In this document: piece after piece, positions 1 through 10,416 of the stretch
Position numbering within the stretch: the first letter of the stretch is position 1
How the letters are laid out: the number at the start of each line of letters is the position of its first letter
NCBI RefSeq assembly: GCF_000009045.1
Contig: NC_000964.3
Span: 3,286,001-3,350,000 of the forward strand
Length of the DNA: 64,000 nucleotides
Reading direction: 5' to 3'
DNA from: Bacillus subtilis subsp. subtilis str. 168
GTDB lineage: Bacteria; Bacillota; Bacilli; Bacillales; Bacillaceae
Notes under the pieces: model-generated
The model's database searches: none
What the model was told of the DNA's origin: nothing
Seen by the model: the letters and a program-made list of their open reading frames with translations, nothing else
Made by a program: the position numbers and the translations under genes

Positions 1-1655
1 TCCAGCATGTAAGAAATGCGGTCGGCTGGAAACTCCGGATCAAGGGGGAGATACGCCGCACCAGTCTTGAGCACACCAAGCATTGAAGCCACCATCTCAG
101 GGGAACGCGGCAGCGCCAAAGCGACAAATTGCTCCGGACCAATCCCTTTTTCGATCAACAGACGCGCGAGGCGGTTTGCCTCTTCATTGAGCTTTCGATA
201 GTTGACTTGAATGTCATCACACATGAGAGCGATACGTTCTGGCGTAAGAACTGCCTGCTTTTCGAACATGTCCTGAAGGCTGACCAGCTTCTCGGATTTT
301 GCCGTCTCATTCCATTTAGAAATGACTTTTTCTTTCTCCTCTGGCAACAGAAGCTCCATTTGCCCAATCAGCATGTCCTCTCCGGCAGAAGCCGTTTGCA
401 GCAGCTGCAAAATACGCTGCTGATGAAGCTTAATATCAGACTCACTGTATACCTCGGGATTCGCATCAACATCAATTCGCAGCCCGCTGCCGTCTGTTCT
501 GTCATATACATTGATTGATAGATCATCAACAGGACCGGCTGAAAGATTATGCGTTGTGCCCCGGACGCCGGCAAAGTCGAGACCGTAATCAAACGGCATA
601 AGATTGATTTGAGGGCCAAATAATCTATGATTTTCTCCTATCAATTTCAGATCGCGCCTAAGCTCTTCATGGCGATACTTATGATGTCGCCGAATACTGC
701 GGATTTCCCGGGAAATTTGCTGAATCAGTTCAGAAAAGCTCATCGAAGAGCTTACCGTCAGCCGGAGCGGGAGAAGGTTCATCACCATAGCCGGTACATT
801 CAGTGACGCGGACCCTATCCGACCCATCATGGGCAGGCCGAGCACAACATCCTCAGAGCCGGTCATACGGTGCACATAAACAGCTGACACCGCAATCATG
901 ACTTCATGCCAGCTTCCTGAGAAATAGCGCGCCGCTTCTTTTAACGCGTTTACATCAGACGGAGGCAGATATGCCGTATGACGAAGAAAACTGTTAGATG
1001 TTCTTGGCGCCCGATCAGCCAAGCTCACAACTTCAGGTGCATCTGCAAAACGGTCCAGCCAGAATTGACGATCCTTCTCATACTGCTCTGATCCGCGATA
1101 ATCTGTATCCTCCTCCAAAATGGCCTGGAGAGACCCAAAGGAACGGCTTTTAGCTGTTTGTCCTTTTATAAGGGCAGTATATGTACTTGCCACACGCTGG
1201 GCTATCAGGGAAAAACCGAAGCCGTCGATCGCTATATGGTGAATGCGCTGATACCAAAAGAAACGATCAGGCCCGGCAATAAACAGAGCTTCATTGAACA
1301 AAGGGGCATACCCTAAATCAACCGGCTTTGCTAAATCAGCTTTCATCCAGTTTAATGCTGTTTTTTCCGGATCAGGCTCAGAGCTGACGTCAATGACGTG
1401 CAGCTGTACATCCGGAGACGGGTTTATCATCTGCCAAGGCCCGTCCATATTTTCACCGAAGCGGACATGCAGCGATTCCGCTTCCTTGATCACGTGCCGC
1501 AAAGCTTCTTCAAAAAGAGCAATATTGACTGGTCCATTGATTTCTATATATTCCGCTGTATTGTAGATTGGATTGTCCGGATCAAGCTGCTGAGCAAACC
1601 ATATGCCAGTTTGCGCCCCGGTCAAAGAATATTGAAGATCTTTTGTATCAGGCAT
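1..1655 (-). CDS. dhbF: Bacillibactin NRPS DhbF, 5' part only (runs off the left edge): starter condensation domain and start of an adenylation domain
   Basis: Hand translation from ATG at 1655 (AAGGAGG RBS upstream) gives MPDTKDLQYSLTGAQTGIWFAQQ, with C-domain motif HHIAIDG and A-domain start LKTGAAYLPLDP. Absent from the ORF track because its stop is outside the window. Confidence 0.97.
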   Translation of the reverse strand, partial: MPDTKDLQYSLTGAQTGIWFAQQLDPDNPIYNTAEYIEINGPVNIALFEEALRHVIKEAESLHVRFGENMDGPWQMINPSPDVQLHVIDVSSEPDPEKTALNWMKADLAKPVDLGYAPLFNEALFIAGPDRFFWYQRIHHIAIDGFGFSLIAQRVASTYTALIKGQTAKSRSFGSLQAILEEDTDYRGSEQYEKDRQFWLDRFADAPEVVSLADRAPRTSNSFLRHTAYLPPSDVNALKEAARYFSGSWHEVMIAVSAVYVHRMTGSEDVVLGLPMMGRIGSASLNVPAMVMNLLPLRLTVSSSMSFSELIQQISREIRSIRRHHKYRHEELRRDLKLIGENHRLFGPQINLMPFDYGLDFAGVRGTTHNLSAGPVDDLSINVYDRTDGSGLRIDVDANPEVYSESDIKLHQQRILQLLQTASAGEDMLIGQMELLLPEEKEKVISKWNETAKSEKLVSLQDMFEKQAVLTPERIALMCDDIQVNYRKLNEEANRLARLLIEKGIGPEQFVALALPRSPEMVASMLGVLKTGAAYLPLDPEFPADRISYML

Positions 1656-1674
1656 CCGTTTGTTTACCCTCCTT

Positions 1675-2613
1675 TTATAAATAATCCGCGTTTGGCAGCA
1701 CTTGCTGGCTGCGAGTTGTGAGCAATTTCTGCCATTCTTCGATCGTTGGGCGTTCAGCCAATTCCACGAAAGTCACCTCTGCCCCTTCACGGCGCCATTG
1801 TTCCACCAATGTCATGATCCTTACCGAATCAAGACCACGATCGAGCAAATCCTCTTGATCTGTGATGTCTTCCGGTGTTTCTTGTAGAAGCTCAGCAATT
1901 TGTTTACGGATATTCTCACATGTAAACACGTTCTTTTTGCCAGTGTTTGCTGACGTTTTTTGAACGTCTGCCGGCGCATTCTGCAGCTGATCAAGAAGAC
2001 TGTCAGTCATCACGGTAAACGCACAGCGTCCAGCCGCATATTCCAGCGCCATTTGATGTTTTTCTAATGAAAAATCAGCAACTGCATCTCCCACAAAAAA
2101 GGCTTTAATATCCTCCATAAATGCTTCACATGCTGTAACAAGACAGCCGATATGGGCGTAAATTCCTGTAATGATCAGCTGATCGCGTCCCTCTTTGCGC
2201 ATCATTTCAAGCAGATTCGTTCTCTTAAACGCGCTGTATCTCCATTTTGTCAGCACAAGATCATCATCCTCTGGTGCCAGCTCGGTTATAATTTTCTCCT
2301 CATAAGGACCGCTGTTTAATCCCGGGCCCCAAAAGTCTGTCAGCAGCGCACGGTCATCCGGATTTTGGCTTCCCGGCTGTGCGGTATAGACAACAGGAAT
2401 CCCAAGCTGAACACATTGATTCTTCAGCTTTCGTATATTCGCTGAAAGCTCTGTTACCGGAGACGCTCCCGCTGTGAAAGCATCAACAAAATAGTTTTGC
2501 ATATCGTGTATTAACAAGACAGCCCGATTCGGATCAGGCACCCATGATACTTTGTTTTGCGGCATATCAGATGCTGTCGGCATTTGATACGGCTGAATGG
2601 CAGGTATAGCCAT
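1675..2613 (-). CDS. dhbB: Isochorismatase / aryl carrier protein (312 aa)
   Basis: Isochorismatase domain (LLIHDMQNYF, KWRYSAF) plus C-terminal ArCP with GLDSVR phosphopantetheine Ser. Start trimmed to MAIPAIQ. Confidence 0.97.
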   Translation of the reverse strand: MAIPAIQPYQMPTASDMPQNKVSWVPDPNRAVLLIHDMQNYFVDAFTAGASPVTELSANIRKLKNQCVQLGIPVVYTAQPGSQNPDDRALLTDFWGPGLNSGPYEEKIITELAPEDDDLVLTKWRYSAFKRTNLLEMMRKEGRDQLIITGIYAHIGCLVTACEAFMEDIKAFFVGDAVADFSLEKHQMALEYAAGRCAFTVMTDSLLDQLQNAPADVQKTSANTGKKNVFTCENIRKQIAELLQETPEDITDQEDLLDRGLDSVRIMTLVEQWRREGAEVTFVELAERPTIEEWQKLLTTRSQQVLPNADYL

Positions 2614-2640
2614 ATGAACACTTCCTCTCAAATTGTTGTT

Positions 2641-4260
2641 TTATTTTTTAAATCCTGCAAGAAGCTTCTCGGAAATGGCTTCACGGAGCGCTTTTTTGCT
2701 GACTTTTCCTACTCCTGTCTGCGGGAAGGATTCGACAAATTCAACTCGATCAGGGATTTTATATGCCGCCAGTCCGCGCTCTCTCAAAAATGCTTTAAGC
2801 TCTGCGGCTTTTGGGGCTTCATCCCGGGGAATAATGAACACACAAGATCTTTCGCCAAGAAATTGATCAGGCATGGAGACCATTGCCGCATCATGGACAG
2901 CCGGATGCGCCAGCAGATGATTTTCTACCTCTTCAGCCGCAACCTTTTCTCCTCCACGGTTAATTTGATCCTTCGCCCGGCCTTCAACGACAATATAGCC
3001 GTCTCGTGTCAGCCTGACGATATCACCCGTACGGTAAAAACCGTCCTCAGTAAATGAAGCGGCGTTATGCTCTTCTGCCTTATAGTAACCTCGAATTGTA
3101 TACGGCCCCCGCGTCAGCAGATGGCCTGTTTCACCAGGTTTTACGTCGCGATCATGATCATCCCAAACACGCATTTCATCATATGGAGACATCGGTTTTC
3201 CTTGGGTGTTGACAATGATCTCCTCAGGATCATCCAATCTCGTATAATTGACGAGACCCTCTGCCATTCCGAACACCTGCTGCAGCGTGCAGCCGAAAAC
3301 AGCTTTTACCCTGCGCGCGGCTTCAGCACTAAACTTGGCACCGCCGACCTGCAGCACTTGAAGGCTGGATAAATCATCACGGCGTGAGGATGCCGCATCC
3401 ATCCATACCATCGCAAGAGGCGGAACAAGAGCGGTTATCGTGACCTTTTCCCGTTCAATTAAAGGAAATGCGTCATCTGGACTTGGAGAAGGAGATAATA
3501 CCACTCTTCCTCCAGCGTATAATACGCCGAGAACGCCGGGTGAGCTCAGCGGATAATTGTGTGCCATCGGCAGCGCGGCCAAGTACACCGTGCTGTGGTC
3601 GAGCCAGCAGACCTCCACACTCCGCTTCAGGCTGTATATGTAGTCATCGTGGGTCCTCGGAATCAGTTTCGATAGCCCGGTGCTCCCGCCAGAAAGCTGG
3701 AGGAACGCCACATCCGATGATTTGACTTCAGGCAGTTTTACAGGTTCTGCATGCAAATCCTCCAGCGGTAAAAATTCCTCTGCCTCACCTGCGACAATGA
3801 TGTTTTTCAAAGTCGGCAGCTTGCTTTGAACCTGTCTGGCAAGCGAACGGTAGTCAAAACCGGAATAAGCGTCGGGAATGATATATGCAGCCGCTTCAGC
3901 AAACTCGCAAAAATATGTAATTTCACTGCTTCGATGAGAAGGCAGTGCGAAGACTGGAAGCGCCCCCAGACGGAAAAGCGCGAAAATGACTTCAAAAAAC
4001 TCTTTGATATTTGGCAACTGCACCACAACACGATCCATCTGTTGAATGCCGAGCTTTTGAAATCCGGCAGCCAGGCGATCAGCCCTTGTGTCAAGCTCTC
4101 GATAGCTCCAATGGGTGTTTCCGCATGTAATGGCAATGCGATCACCATATTTGGCTGCCCGGTCCCTTAACAAATCTCCAAACGTCTCACCGGCCCAGCA
4201 GCCGTTCTTTCGATAGGTCTCAGCTAACTCATCAGGCCAAGGCGTAAATCCTTTCAGCAT
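2641..4260 (-). CDS. dhbE: 2,3-dihydroxybenzoate-AMP ligase (539 aa)
   Basis: Adenylation motifs [27 protein letters not shown]. Start MLKGFTPWP at 4260. Confidence 0.97.
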
Positions 4261-4288
4261 GTTGTATCCCTCCAGCAATTCATTCTGT

Positions 4289-5485
4289 TCATATGTGATC
4301 CACGCCCATTGCCCGCAGCATTGTCCGAAACTTTGCGGACGTCTCCTGAAGCTCGTCCTCAGGCTTTGAACCGGCCACAACACCAGCTCCAGCATACAGG
4401 CGGAGTGAGCGTTCTTCTGCTTCTGCACAACGGATGGTCACGATCCATTCTCCGTCACCGGCATCGTCACACCATCCGACCATGCCGGTAAAGAAACCGC
4501 GGTCAAATGGTTCAATGCTGAGAATCGCTTCTCTTGCAAGATCAGTCGGTGTTCCGCAGACGGCTGGCGTCGGGTGGAGCGCCGCCGCCAATTCAAGTGC
4601 GGTTACAGACGGGTCGGAAAGCTCTCCCTTAATCACGCTGGACAGGTGCCACATCGTTTCCGTTTTGATCAGTGAAGGCTTCTCCGGAACCTCCAGCGTC
4701 CGGCAGAAAGGTCTCAGCGCTGCCGCAACCGCGTCAGCGACAACCGCGTGCTCATGAAGATCCTTTGCGGAAGAAAGCAATTCAGCTGCCCGGCGCTGGT
4801 CTTCAACAGGATCATTACTGCGCGGTCTTGAGCCGGCTAATGGGTTGGAAACGACCTGTGTTCCCATCCTTGAAACGAGAAGCTCCGGACTTGCTCCGAG
4901 CAATGTTCTGCGGGGAGACGTTTCCTCCTGACTGGACACGTCTGCGGCAAACGTGTAGCCATGCGAGTTATGCTGAGCCAGATGGCGAAGCAATTCATCC
5001 GTCTGAATCGGTTCAGGCGATGTCAAATGCAGCGATCTGGACAGGACGATTTTGCTGAGTGTTCCATCGGCAATGCGTGCCAGCCCTTGTTCAACACCAT
5101 TTTTATAATCCTCAGGTTCAGGAACAGGCTTTATGTGGTATGTATGCCCAGCCTGCTGTTCCTTTTCCTCATGATCAAATTGAAGCGGTCCTGACCAGCG
5201 CACTTCTTCAGGTACAACGAGCCGCGCTGCTTTTACTTGATCAAAAGGAACGGCCCCGACAACAAGCGGCCGGCTTTGCCCTGATTGTTTTGCCTGACGT
5301 AACGCCTCTGCAATTCGGCCAGAAAGGGTTTCCATTTGGTTTTGCCCGTCTGCCTCCGGTACAATTTCACATATGCCTTTCGCTAACAGTACACGATGAG
5401 GAGACGCTAAGAAAAAGGCGCCCGGCTGATATTCATGAAGCAAATGCTCCGCTTTTGTTTCTGTTATAACGTTTTGATCCAACAT
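4289..5485 (-). CDS. dhbC: Isochorismate synthase (398 aa)
   Basis: MST-family motifs [28 protein letters not shown] lies 9 nt before the ATG at 5485. Confidence 0.96.
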   Translation of the reverse strand: MLDQNVITETKAEHLLHEYQPGAFFLASPHRVLLAKGICEIVPEADGQNQMETLSGRIAEALRQAKQSGQSRPLVVGAVPFDQVKAARLVVPEEVRWSGPLQFDHEEKEQQAGHTYHIKPVPEPEDYKNGVEQGLARIADGTLSKIVLSRSLHLTSPEPIQTDELLRHLAQHNSHGYTFAADVSSQEETSPRRTLLGASPELLVSRMGTQVVSNPLAGSRPRSNDPVEDQRRAAELLSSAKDLHEHAVVADAVAAALRPFCRTLEVPEKPSLIKTETMWHLSSVIKGELSDPSVTALELAAALHPTPAVCGTPTDLAREAILSIEPFDRGFFTGMVGWCDDAGDGEWIVTIRCAEAEERSLRLYAGAGVVAGSKPEDELQETSAKFRTMLRAMGVDHI

Positions 5486-5510
5486 TCTCATGAACCTCCT
5501 TTAAATTCAG

Positions 5511-6296
5511 TTACACGCCTAAGGTCGCGCCGCCATCTACGCATAAATTATGCATCGTAATATGCCCTGCCTGGCCAGAAACCAAAAAGAGCACCGCATC
5601 CGCAATATCCGAAGGCTTGGCTAGTTTTTTGAGCGGGATCCCTGTTTTAAATGTCTCAAGTGATCCTTTTATGACTTGCTCCGCTCCATTCTCGTCGGCC
5701 CATAATGACCACTGCATGTCTGTTTCCGTTGATCCGGGAGATACAATGTTGCAGCGAATATTGTATTCTGCAAGCTCAAGGCCAAGGCATTTCGTAAACA
5801 TCACAGCCGCAGCCTTTGAAGACGCATATGCCGCCATAGATGTTCTTGGTACACCGGCAGCATTCGATCCGACTGTTACAATCGAACCCGATCTTCGGTC
5901 CATCATATATTTGCTGACTGAACGCGAGGCGTTAAATACGCCAGTCGAATTCACTGAGAACGTCGCCTCCCATTCCTCATCGCTAAGCGAATGGATCAGT
6001 CCCGGGCGAAGGACACCCGCTACATTCACTAAAATATCAATCGGCCCCATTTCACGTTCGATGCGCGCCGTGATCTCGTCAATCGCCGCGCTGTCTCTCA
6101 CATCCGCAGGAAAAGCTTCTGCATGGCGGCCTTCTGCTTTGAGGCTGCTCACAACCTTTTCCAGCTTTTCAGGATTATAATCAACTGCCGCAATATGTGC
6201 GCCTTGACTGGCAAGCGTCCGCGCAACAGCTTCGCCTATTCCTTGGGCAGCCCCTGTTATAAAAGCAATTTTTCCCTCTATACCCTTTGCATTCAT
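5511..6296 (-). CDS. dhbA: 2,3-dihydro-2,3-dihydroxybenzoate dehydrogenase (SDR, 261 aa)
   Basis: TGAAQGIG Rossmann motif and YASSK catalytic motif; first gene of the dhb operon. Confidence 0.97.
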   Translation of the reverse strand: MNAKGIEGKIAFITGAAQGIGEAVARTLASQGAHIAAVDYNPEKLEKVVSSLKAEGRHAEAFPADVRDSAAIDEITARIEREMGPIDILVNVAGVLRPGLIHSLSDEEWEATFSVNSTGVFNASRSVSKYMMDRRSGSIVTVGSNAAGVPRTSMAAYASSKAAAVMFTKCLGLELAEYNIRCNIVSPGSTETDMQWSLWADENGAEQVIKGSLETFKTGIPLKKLAKPSDIADAVLFLVSGQAGHITMHNLCVDGGATLGV

Positions 6297-6379
6297 ATCA
6301 TCAATTCCTTTCTTCGCTCTAAATGCCAAACAGACATCCAGCGAAAAAGACTGCTGCGCCTTGAAAAACGCAATCTATT

Positions 6380-6398
6380 GATAATGATTATCATTATC
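6380..6398 (-). promoter_or_regulatory. Fur box for dhbACEBF
   Basis: Minus strand reads GATAATGATAATCATTATC, an exact match to the 19-bp Fur consensus, just downstream of the predicted promoter. Confidence 0.95.
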
Positions 6399-6411
6399 AA
6401 TTATAAAAATA

Positions 6412-6440
6412 ATCATATCCAAATGTCATGTGACAGTCAA
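6412..6440 (-). promoter_or_regulatory. SigA promoter of the dhb operon
   Basis: Minus strand TTGACT-17 nt-TATGAT. Confidence 0.8.
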
Positions 6441-6489
6441 ATATAATTTCAGTGACAAATATTTTTTTAAAGGCAAGGCTGAGTATGTC

Positions 6490-7359
6490 TCAGCCCATTG
6501 ATAGATGCGGTCCGTCAGGGTGAAGCGCAAAACGCAGCGCCCTGCTGACCAAAACAGGAAGAACTGAAATATGTCCTTCTCCTGAAAACTCGCAAAATTC
6601 TGCCCGTATACCTTGTTCAGATAAAACGGCCAGCCGCTCATAAAGCTCCCTTGCATTATCATTCATCCGGCTTTTATGATGCTGCTCTAATTCTCCTGCG
6701 GCAAGCAGGATATTGATAGGCTGATTGTTTTTCTTGGTGAGAGAGACGAAATGGTCCGTTTTCTTGAGAATAAACGGTTTATTCCAATGAATGGACGGAC
6801 TTCCCGCGATATACGTTTGAAACGCATCGGGCTTTGTTAGCAGCACCTGCAGCACGAAAAGCCCTCCGAGCGAATGGCCAAAGATTGTTTGTCTTTTTTT
6901 ATCAATCTGGTAATCTCGTTCTATCTCCGGTTTTAAATCCTCTTCAATAAATCTGAAAAAGCCCTCCGCTCCGCCATGCTCCGGCCATTCTCTGCCGTCG
7001 GGCCTTTCCGGCAGCTTCGATTGGGCTGTTGGCATTGTAAAATCCCGGTGGCGTGCTGAGGAGAACGGCTCCGCTGTCTCATAGCCAATGCCGACGATCA
7101 CTGCAGGGATCACCCCGGTTTTTTCGGGTCGGCGTCCCTGTATTCGAACGGCTTCCGTCATCGTTCCGAAGACAGAATTGGCATCCAGCAGATAAATCAC
7201 AGGATAACCAGCGGGTGGCGGCGGCGTACTAGGTTTCGAGATAAAAATGTGATAGGTACGGTTTTCATTGCGTGAAGACATCATACGCACTTCCGTACCA
7301 GGAATCGTAAATGCGTTTGATGTCCCGCCATTTGTCCGGTCTGTTGTTTGTTCTTTCAT
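6490..7359 (-). CDS. besA: Ferri-bacillibactin esterase (alpha/beta hydrolase, 289 aa)
   Basis: GHSLGG nucleophile elbow and C-terminal EGH; Fur box upstream. Start uncertain (7359 or 7371). Confidence 0.92.
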   Translation of the reverse strand: MKEQTTDRTNGGTSNAFTIPGTEVRMMSSRNENRTYHIFISKPSTPPPPAGYPVIYLLDANSVFGTMTEAVRIQGRRPEKTGVIPAVIVGIGYETAEPFSSARHRDFTMPTAQSKLPERPDGREWPEHGGAEGFFRFIEEDLKPEIERDYQIDKKRQTIFGHSLGGLFVLQVLLTKPDAFQTYIAGSPSIHWNKPFILKKTDHFVSLTKKNNQPINILLAAGELEQHHKSRMNDNARELYERLAVLSEQGIRAEFCEFSGEGHISVLPVLVSRALRFALHPDGPHLSMG

Positions 7360-7400
7360 GCAGTACGACATTCCTCTCCTTAAACTAAACCGCAATGTAT

Positions 7401-7419
7401 GATAATGATTTTCACTATC
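7401..7419 (-). promoter_or_regulatory. Fur box for besA
   Basis: Minus strand GATAGTGAAAATCATTATC, 2 mismatches to consensus. Confidence 0.85.
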
Positions 7420-7434
7420 AACTAGACACCTCAA

Positions 7435-7463
7435 ATAATAGGTTTTCTTCCAAAGAAAGTCAA
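7435..7463 (-). promoter_or_regulatory. SigA promoter of besA
   Basis: Minus strand TTGACT-17 nt-TATTAT, upstream of the Fur box. Confidence 0.75.
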
Positions 7464-7572
7464 CTTTTTCCCGAATAAAAAAGGCACCTTGATCAAATAA
7501 GGTACCTGCAGACTATCAATATGGAAGTAAAAACCTAATAAAGATGCGTATTGTCCTATTTGAAATAGAACC

Positions 7573-8169
7573 TTAATCCCATGTAAACCTTTGATTTTGC
7601 CAAGGGTCGCCTCTCATGTGATAGCCATTCCGCTCCCAAAAGCCAGGGTGATTTTCTTTCGTAAATTGGATGCCGCGCAGCCACTTGGCGCTTTTCCAAA
7701 AATACAGATGCGGAAATACACCCCGCAGCGGAAAGCCGTGTTCAGGGGTTAAAGGTTCGCCATTATGCGCATAAGCCAGAAGGGAAGTTTCCGCTAAGAA
7801 ATCATCAAGCGGCAGATTGGTCGTCCAGCCCTCTTCAGCATGTAAAATGACGTAGCCCGCTTCTTCTTTTACACCCGCTTTTTCCGCTATATCACAAGCC
7901 CGCACGCCTTGCCACACATTATCAAGCCTTGACCATCCCGTGACGCAATGAATGTCGTTTTTCGATTCATACCGTGGAAAGGCTTTGACATCTTCAAAGC
8001 TTAGCAGCATCGGATGGTCAACCAAACCGTATACTTGAAGATTCCATTTCGTCATATCTTCGTAATATGGGACATCTCCGGTATGAAGCACAGGAAATGA
8101 AGTGGTGACGTTTTGATTTGGCGGCACTCTTCCAGATTGATCGGACTGTCTTGTTTTTCCGAAATACAT
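7573..8169 (-). CDS. yuiH: Sulfite-oxidase-family (MsrP/YedY-like) molybdopterin-binding oxidoreductase, no signal peptide
   Basis: DIHCVTGWS (Mo-ligand Cys75), HGFPLR, KSAKWL; AGGAGG RBS. Confidence 0.88.
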   Translation of the reverse strand: MYFGKTRQSDQSGRVPPNQNVTTSFPVLHTGDVPYYEDMTKWNLQVYGLVDHPMLLSFEDVKAFPRYESKNDIHCVTGWSRLDNVWQGVRACDIAEKAGVKEEAGYVILHAEEGWTTNLPLDDFLAETSLLAYAHNGEPLTPEHGFPLRGVFPHLYFWKSAKWLRGIQFTKENHPGFWERNGYHMRGDPWQNQRFTWD

Positions 8170-8182
8170 ATGGGCCTCCTTT

Positions 8183-8213
8183 TTGTTAACCTAATTTAAA
8201 ATCATGTTGACAA
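8183..8213. promoter_or_regulatory. BirA (biotin repressor) operator between yuiH and bioY
   Basis: TTGTTAAC-15 nt-GTTGACAA matches the Firmicute BirA palindrome (TGTtAAC-N14/15-GTTaACA). The right half overlaps a -35 TTGACA of a TTGACA-17-TACTCT promoter (8207-8235) facing bioY. Confidence 0.85.
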
Positions 8214-8269
8214 TCTTTTTGTTCTTTATTACTCTATGATTGTGTATGTCAACCTAAGGGGGAACAACG

Positions 8270-8872
8270 ATGAAACAACGTAAACTTCGTGCGGGAGATA
8301 TGGCGCTGATTGGCATGTTCGCCGCACTTATGGCTGTCGGGGCCAACATTACATCAGTAGCACCCTTTTTACAAGTAGCCGGCATTCCGCTTTCGATGCA
8401 GCCGTTTTTCTGTCTCTTGGCAGCTTTGCTTCTTGGCAGCAAACGGGCAGCGATTGCCATGATTGTATATGCACTTGTGGGATTGGCCGGAGCGCCTGTG
8501 TTTGCTCAATTTTCAGCAGGCTTCGCACCGTTTGCAGGGAAAAGCGGCGGGTTTATTATCTCATACATTCCGGCAGCATTTGCAGCGGGATGGTTTTTAG
8601 AACGAAACATTCAGCCAAGTAAAATTCGATTTCTCATTGCTTCACTTATCGGAACGGCGATCATGTATCTCATCGGCACTACCTATATGTATCTTGCACT
8701 GAAGCTGTGGATTCATACGCCAGTGAGCTACGGCACGGCTTGGGGCTTTATGATTTGGTTTATGGTAAAAGATACAGCGCTGGCTGTGATACTGTCGTTT
8801 ATCGCACCAGCAATCTACCGCTCTATTCATAAAGCAACCGGCTTTAACAGAAATCACATATCATCTACGTAA
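8270..8872 (+). CDS. bioY: Biotin ECF transporter S-component BioY
   Basis: Hydrophobic 200 aa with GLAGAPVFAQFSAG and GGFI motifs; BirA site upstream. Confidence 0.92.
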   Translation: MKQRKLRAGDMALIGMFAALMAVGANITSVAPFLQVAGIPLSMQPFFCLLAALLLGSKRAAIAMIVYALVGLAGAPVFAQFSAGFAPFAGKSGGFIISYIPAAFAAGWFLERNIQPSKIRFLIASLIGTAIMYLIGTTYMYLALKLWIHTPVSYGTAWGFMIWFMVKDTALAVILSFIAPAIYRSIHKATGFNRNHISST

Positions 8873-8898
8873 AAACCGTTCTATTGGACGGTTTTTTT
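8871..8898 (+). terminator. Intrinsic terminator of bioY
   Basis: AAAAACCGT/ACGGTTTTT stem followed by a T-run. Confidence 0.75.
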
Positions 8899-8907
8899 AT
8901 CATAACG

Positions 8908-8940
8908 AGAAAAGGCTCCCCAGTAAAGGGGAGCCTTTTT
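8908..8940 (-). terminator. Intrinsic terminator of yuiF
   Basis: AAAAGGCTCCC/GGGAGCCTTTT hairpin next to the yuiF stop. Confidence 0.75.
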
Positions 8941-8941
8941 C

Positions 8942-10270
8942 CTATAAAACAAGCGCTGCAATCCAGCCAAAGATGACAAGCGGAATATTATAAAATATAA
9001 ATGTCGGCACACAAGTATCCCAAATGTGGTGATGCTGGCCGTCCGCACTCAAACCTGAAGTCGGCCCAAGCGTACTGTCACTGGCAGGTGAACCGGCATC
9101 GCCAAGCGCAGCAGCAGCCCCGATAATCGCAATCGTTGCCATCGGGCTGAATCCAAGCTGCATGCATAGAGGCACGAAAATGGTTGTGATAACAGGAATG
9201 GTCGCAAAAGAAGATCCGATCCCCATTGTAATTAATAAGCCGACAATGAGCATCAGCAATGCGCCCAAGGACTGACTGTGTCCGATAAAACCAGCTGACG
9301 TTTTGACCAGTGACTCGACATCTCCGGTTTTCGTCAATACGTTTGAAAATCCGGCTGCAACAAGCATGACAAAGCCGATAAAGGCCATTAAAACCATTCC
9401 ATCAGTAATCAGTGAGTCCGCTTCATCACGCTTCATCACACCGCTGACAAACAGAACAATCAGACCAGCGAGCGCCCCCATAATCATTCCTTCTACTCCC
9501 AAAGTCTGAGATAAGTAAAGCTGGACGCCGAGTGACACAACAATGGCTAGAACCGCGATACCAATACTTTTTCTCGTATATGGCGATGCTTCTGCACCTG
9601 AAATGTCTTTTGTTTCATATTGTTTCGGTTTACGGTATACGATCACTGATAAAATAAGGCCGACAACCATACCTGCAACTGGAATAATCAGTGCGTACGG
9701 AATATCAGCAAGCGGAACGTTTAACCCGGCATCCGCCATATTGTCCTTCAGCATGCCTTGGAAGATTTGGCCGAAACCGACCGGAAGCAAAATATAAGGA
9801 GCCGTTAAGCCAAATGTAATTACACACGCGATCAGACGGCGGTCCATTTCAAGTTCATTAAAGATTTTCAAAAGCGGCGGAATCAGCACCGGGATAAACG
9901 CGATGTGAACCGGAACGACGTTTTGCGAAAAACAAGATACAATTAAAATAATCAGCACAATCAGCACCTTAGACAGTGCTTTTTTTCGAGAATCTTCTTT
10001 ATTTCCGATTAATTTAACGGAGGCTTCCACCATTGCGTCCGGAAGACCCGTTTTCGTCAAAGCGGCGGCAAACGCGCCAAGCATGGCATAGCTAACTGCA
10101 ACGGTGGCATTTCCGCCGAGACCGTCTGTGAAAGCTTTAACCGTTTCGCCAAGACCGAGCCCGCCTGTTAACCCGCCGGCCAAGGCGCCTATAATTAATG
10201 CGATAACAATATTGACACGCAGCAGGCTTAATACAAGCATAAGCAGGACTGCGATGACGACTGCATTCAT
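8942..10270 (-). CDS. yuiF: Amino-acid permease, NhaC-like/YuiF family (442 aa; recalled as a histidine transporter)
   Basis: Polytopic membrane protein with MGIGSSFATIP and GDAGSPASDS motifs. Start trimmed to MNAVV behind GGAGG. Confidence 0.85.
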   Translation of the reverse strand: MNAVVIAVLLMLVLSLLRVNIVIALIIGALAGGLTGGLGLGETVKAFTDGLGGNATVAVSYAMLGAFAAALTKTGLPDAMVEASVKLIGNKEDSRKKALSKVLIVLIILIVSCFSQNVVPVHIAFIPVLIPPLLKIFNELEMDRRLIACVITFGLTAPYILLPVGFGQIFQGMLKDNMADAGLNVPLADIPYALIIPVAGMVVGLILSVIVYRKPKQYETKDISGAEASPYTRKSIGIAVLAIVVSLGVQLYLSQTLGVEGMIMGALAGLIVLFVSGVMKRDEADSLITDGMVLMAFIGFVMLVAAGFSNVLTKTGDVESLVKTSAGFIGHSQSLGALLMLIVGLLITMGIGSSFATIPVITTIFVPLCMQLGFSPMATIAIIGAAAALGDAGSPASDSTLGPTSGLSADGQHHHIWDTCVPTFIFYNIPLVIFGWIAALVL

Positions 10271-10377
10271 GATGATACCCCTCCAAAAATCCTTTAGTTT
10301 GCTAATGTAGTAGATAAATAAAGTACGAACGTATCGTATCATAACCGATCCACTTTAGTCAACTAAAGATTTCGGAA

Positions 10378-10415
10378 GAAAAAATCCCTGCCGCATCATA
10401 CAGCAGGGATTTTTC
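10378..10415 (-). terminator. Intrinsic terminator of pepA
   Basis: GAAAAAATCCCTGC/GCAGGGATTTTTC hairpin at the stop. Confidence 0.7.
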
Positions 10416-10416
10416 A

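Noticed and set aside
5617-6180. 187-aa plus-strand ORF antisense to dhbA
   Set aside because: Ser/Thr-rich shadow frame fully inside an SDR gene, with no RBS; typical antisense artefact.
6424-6457. TGTCA/TGACA dyad and repeats around the dhb -35
   Set aside because: Short, and does not fit TnrA spacing or any motif I can support.
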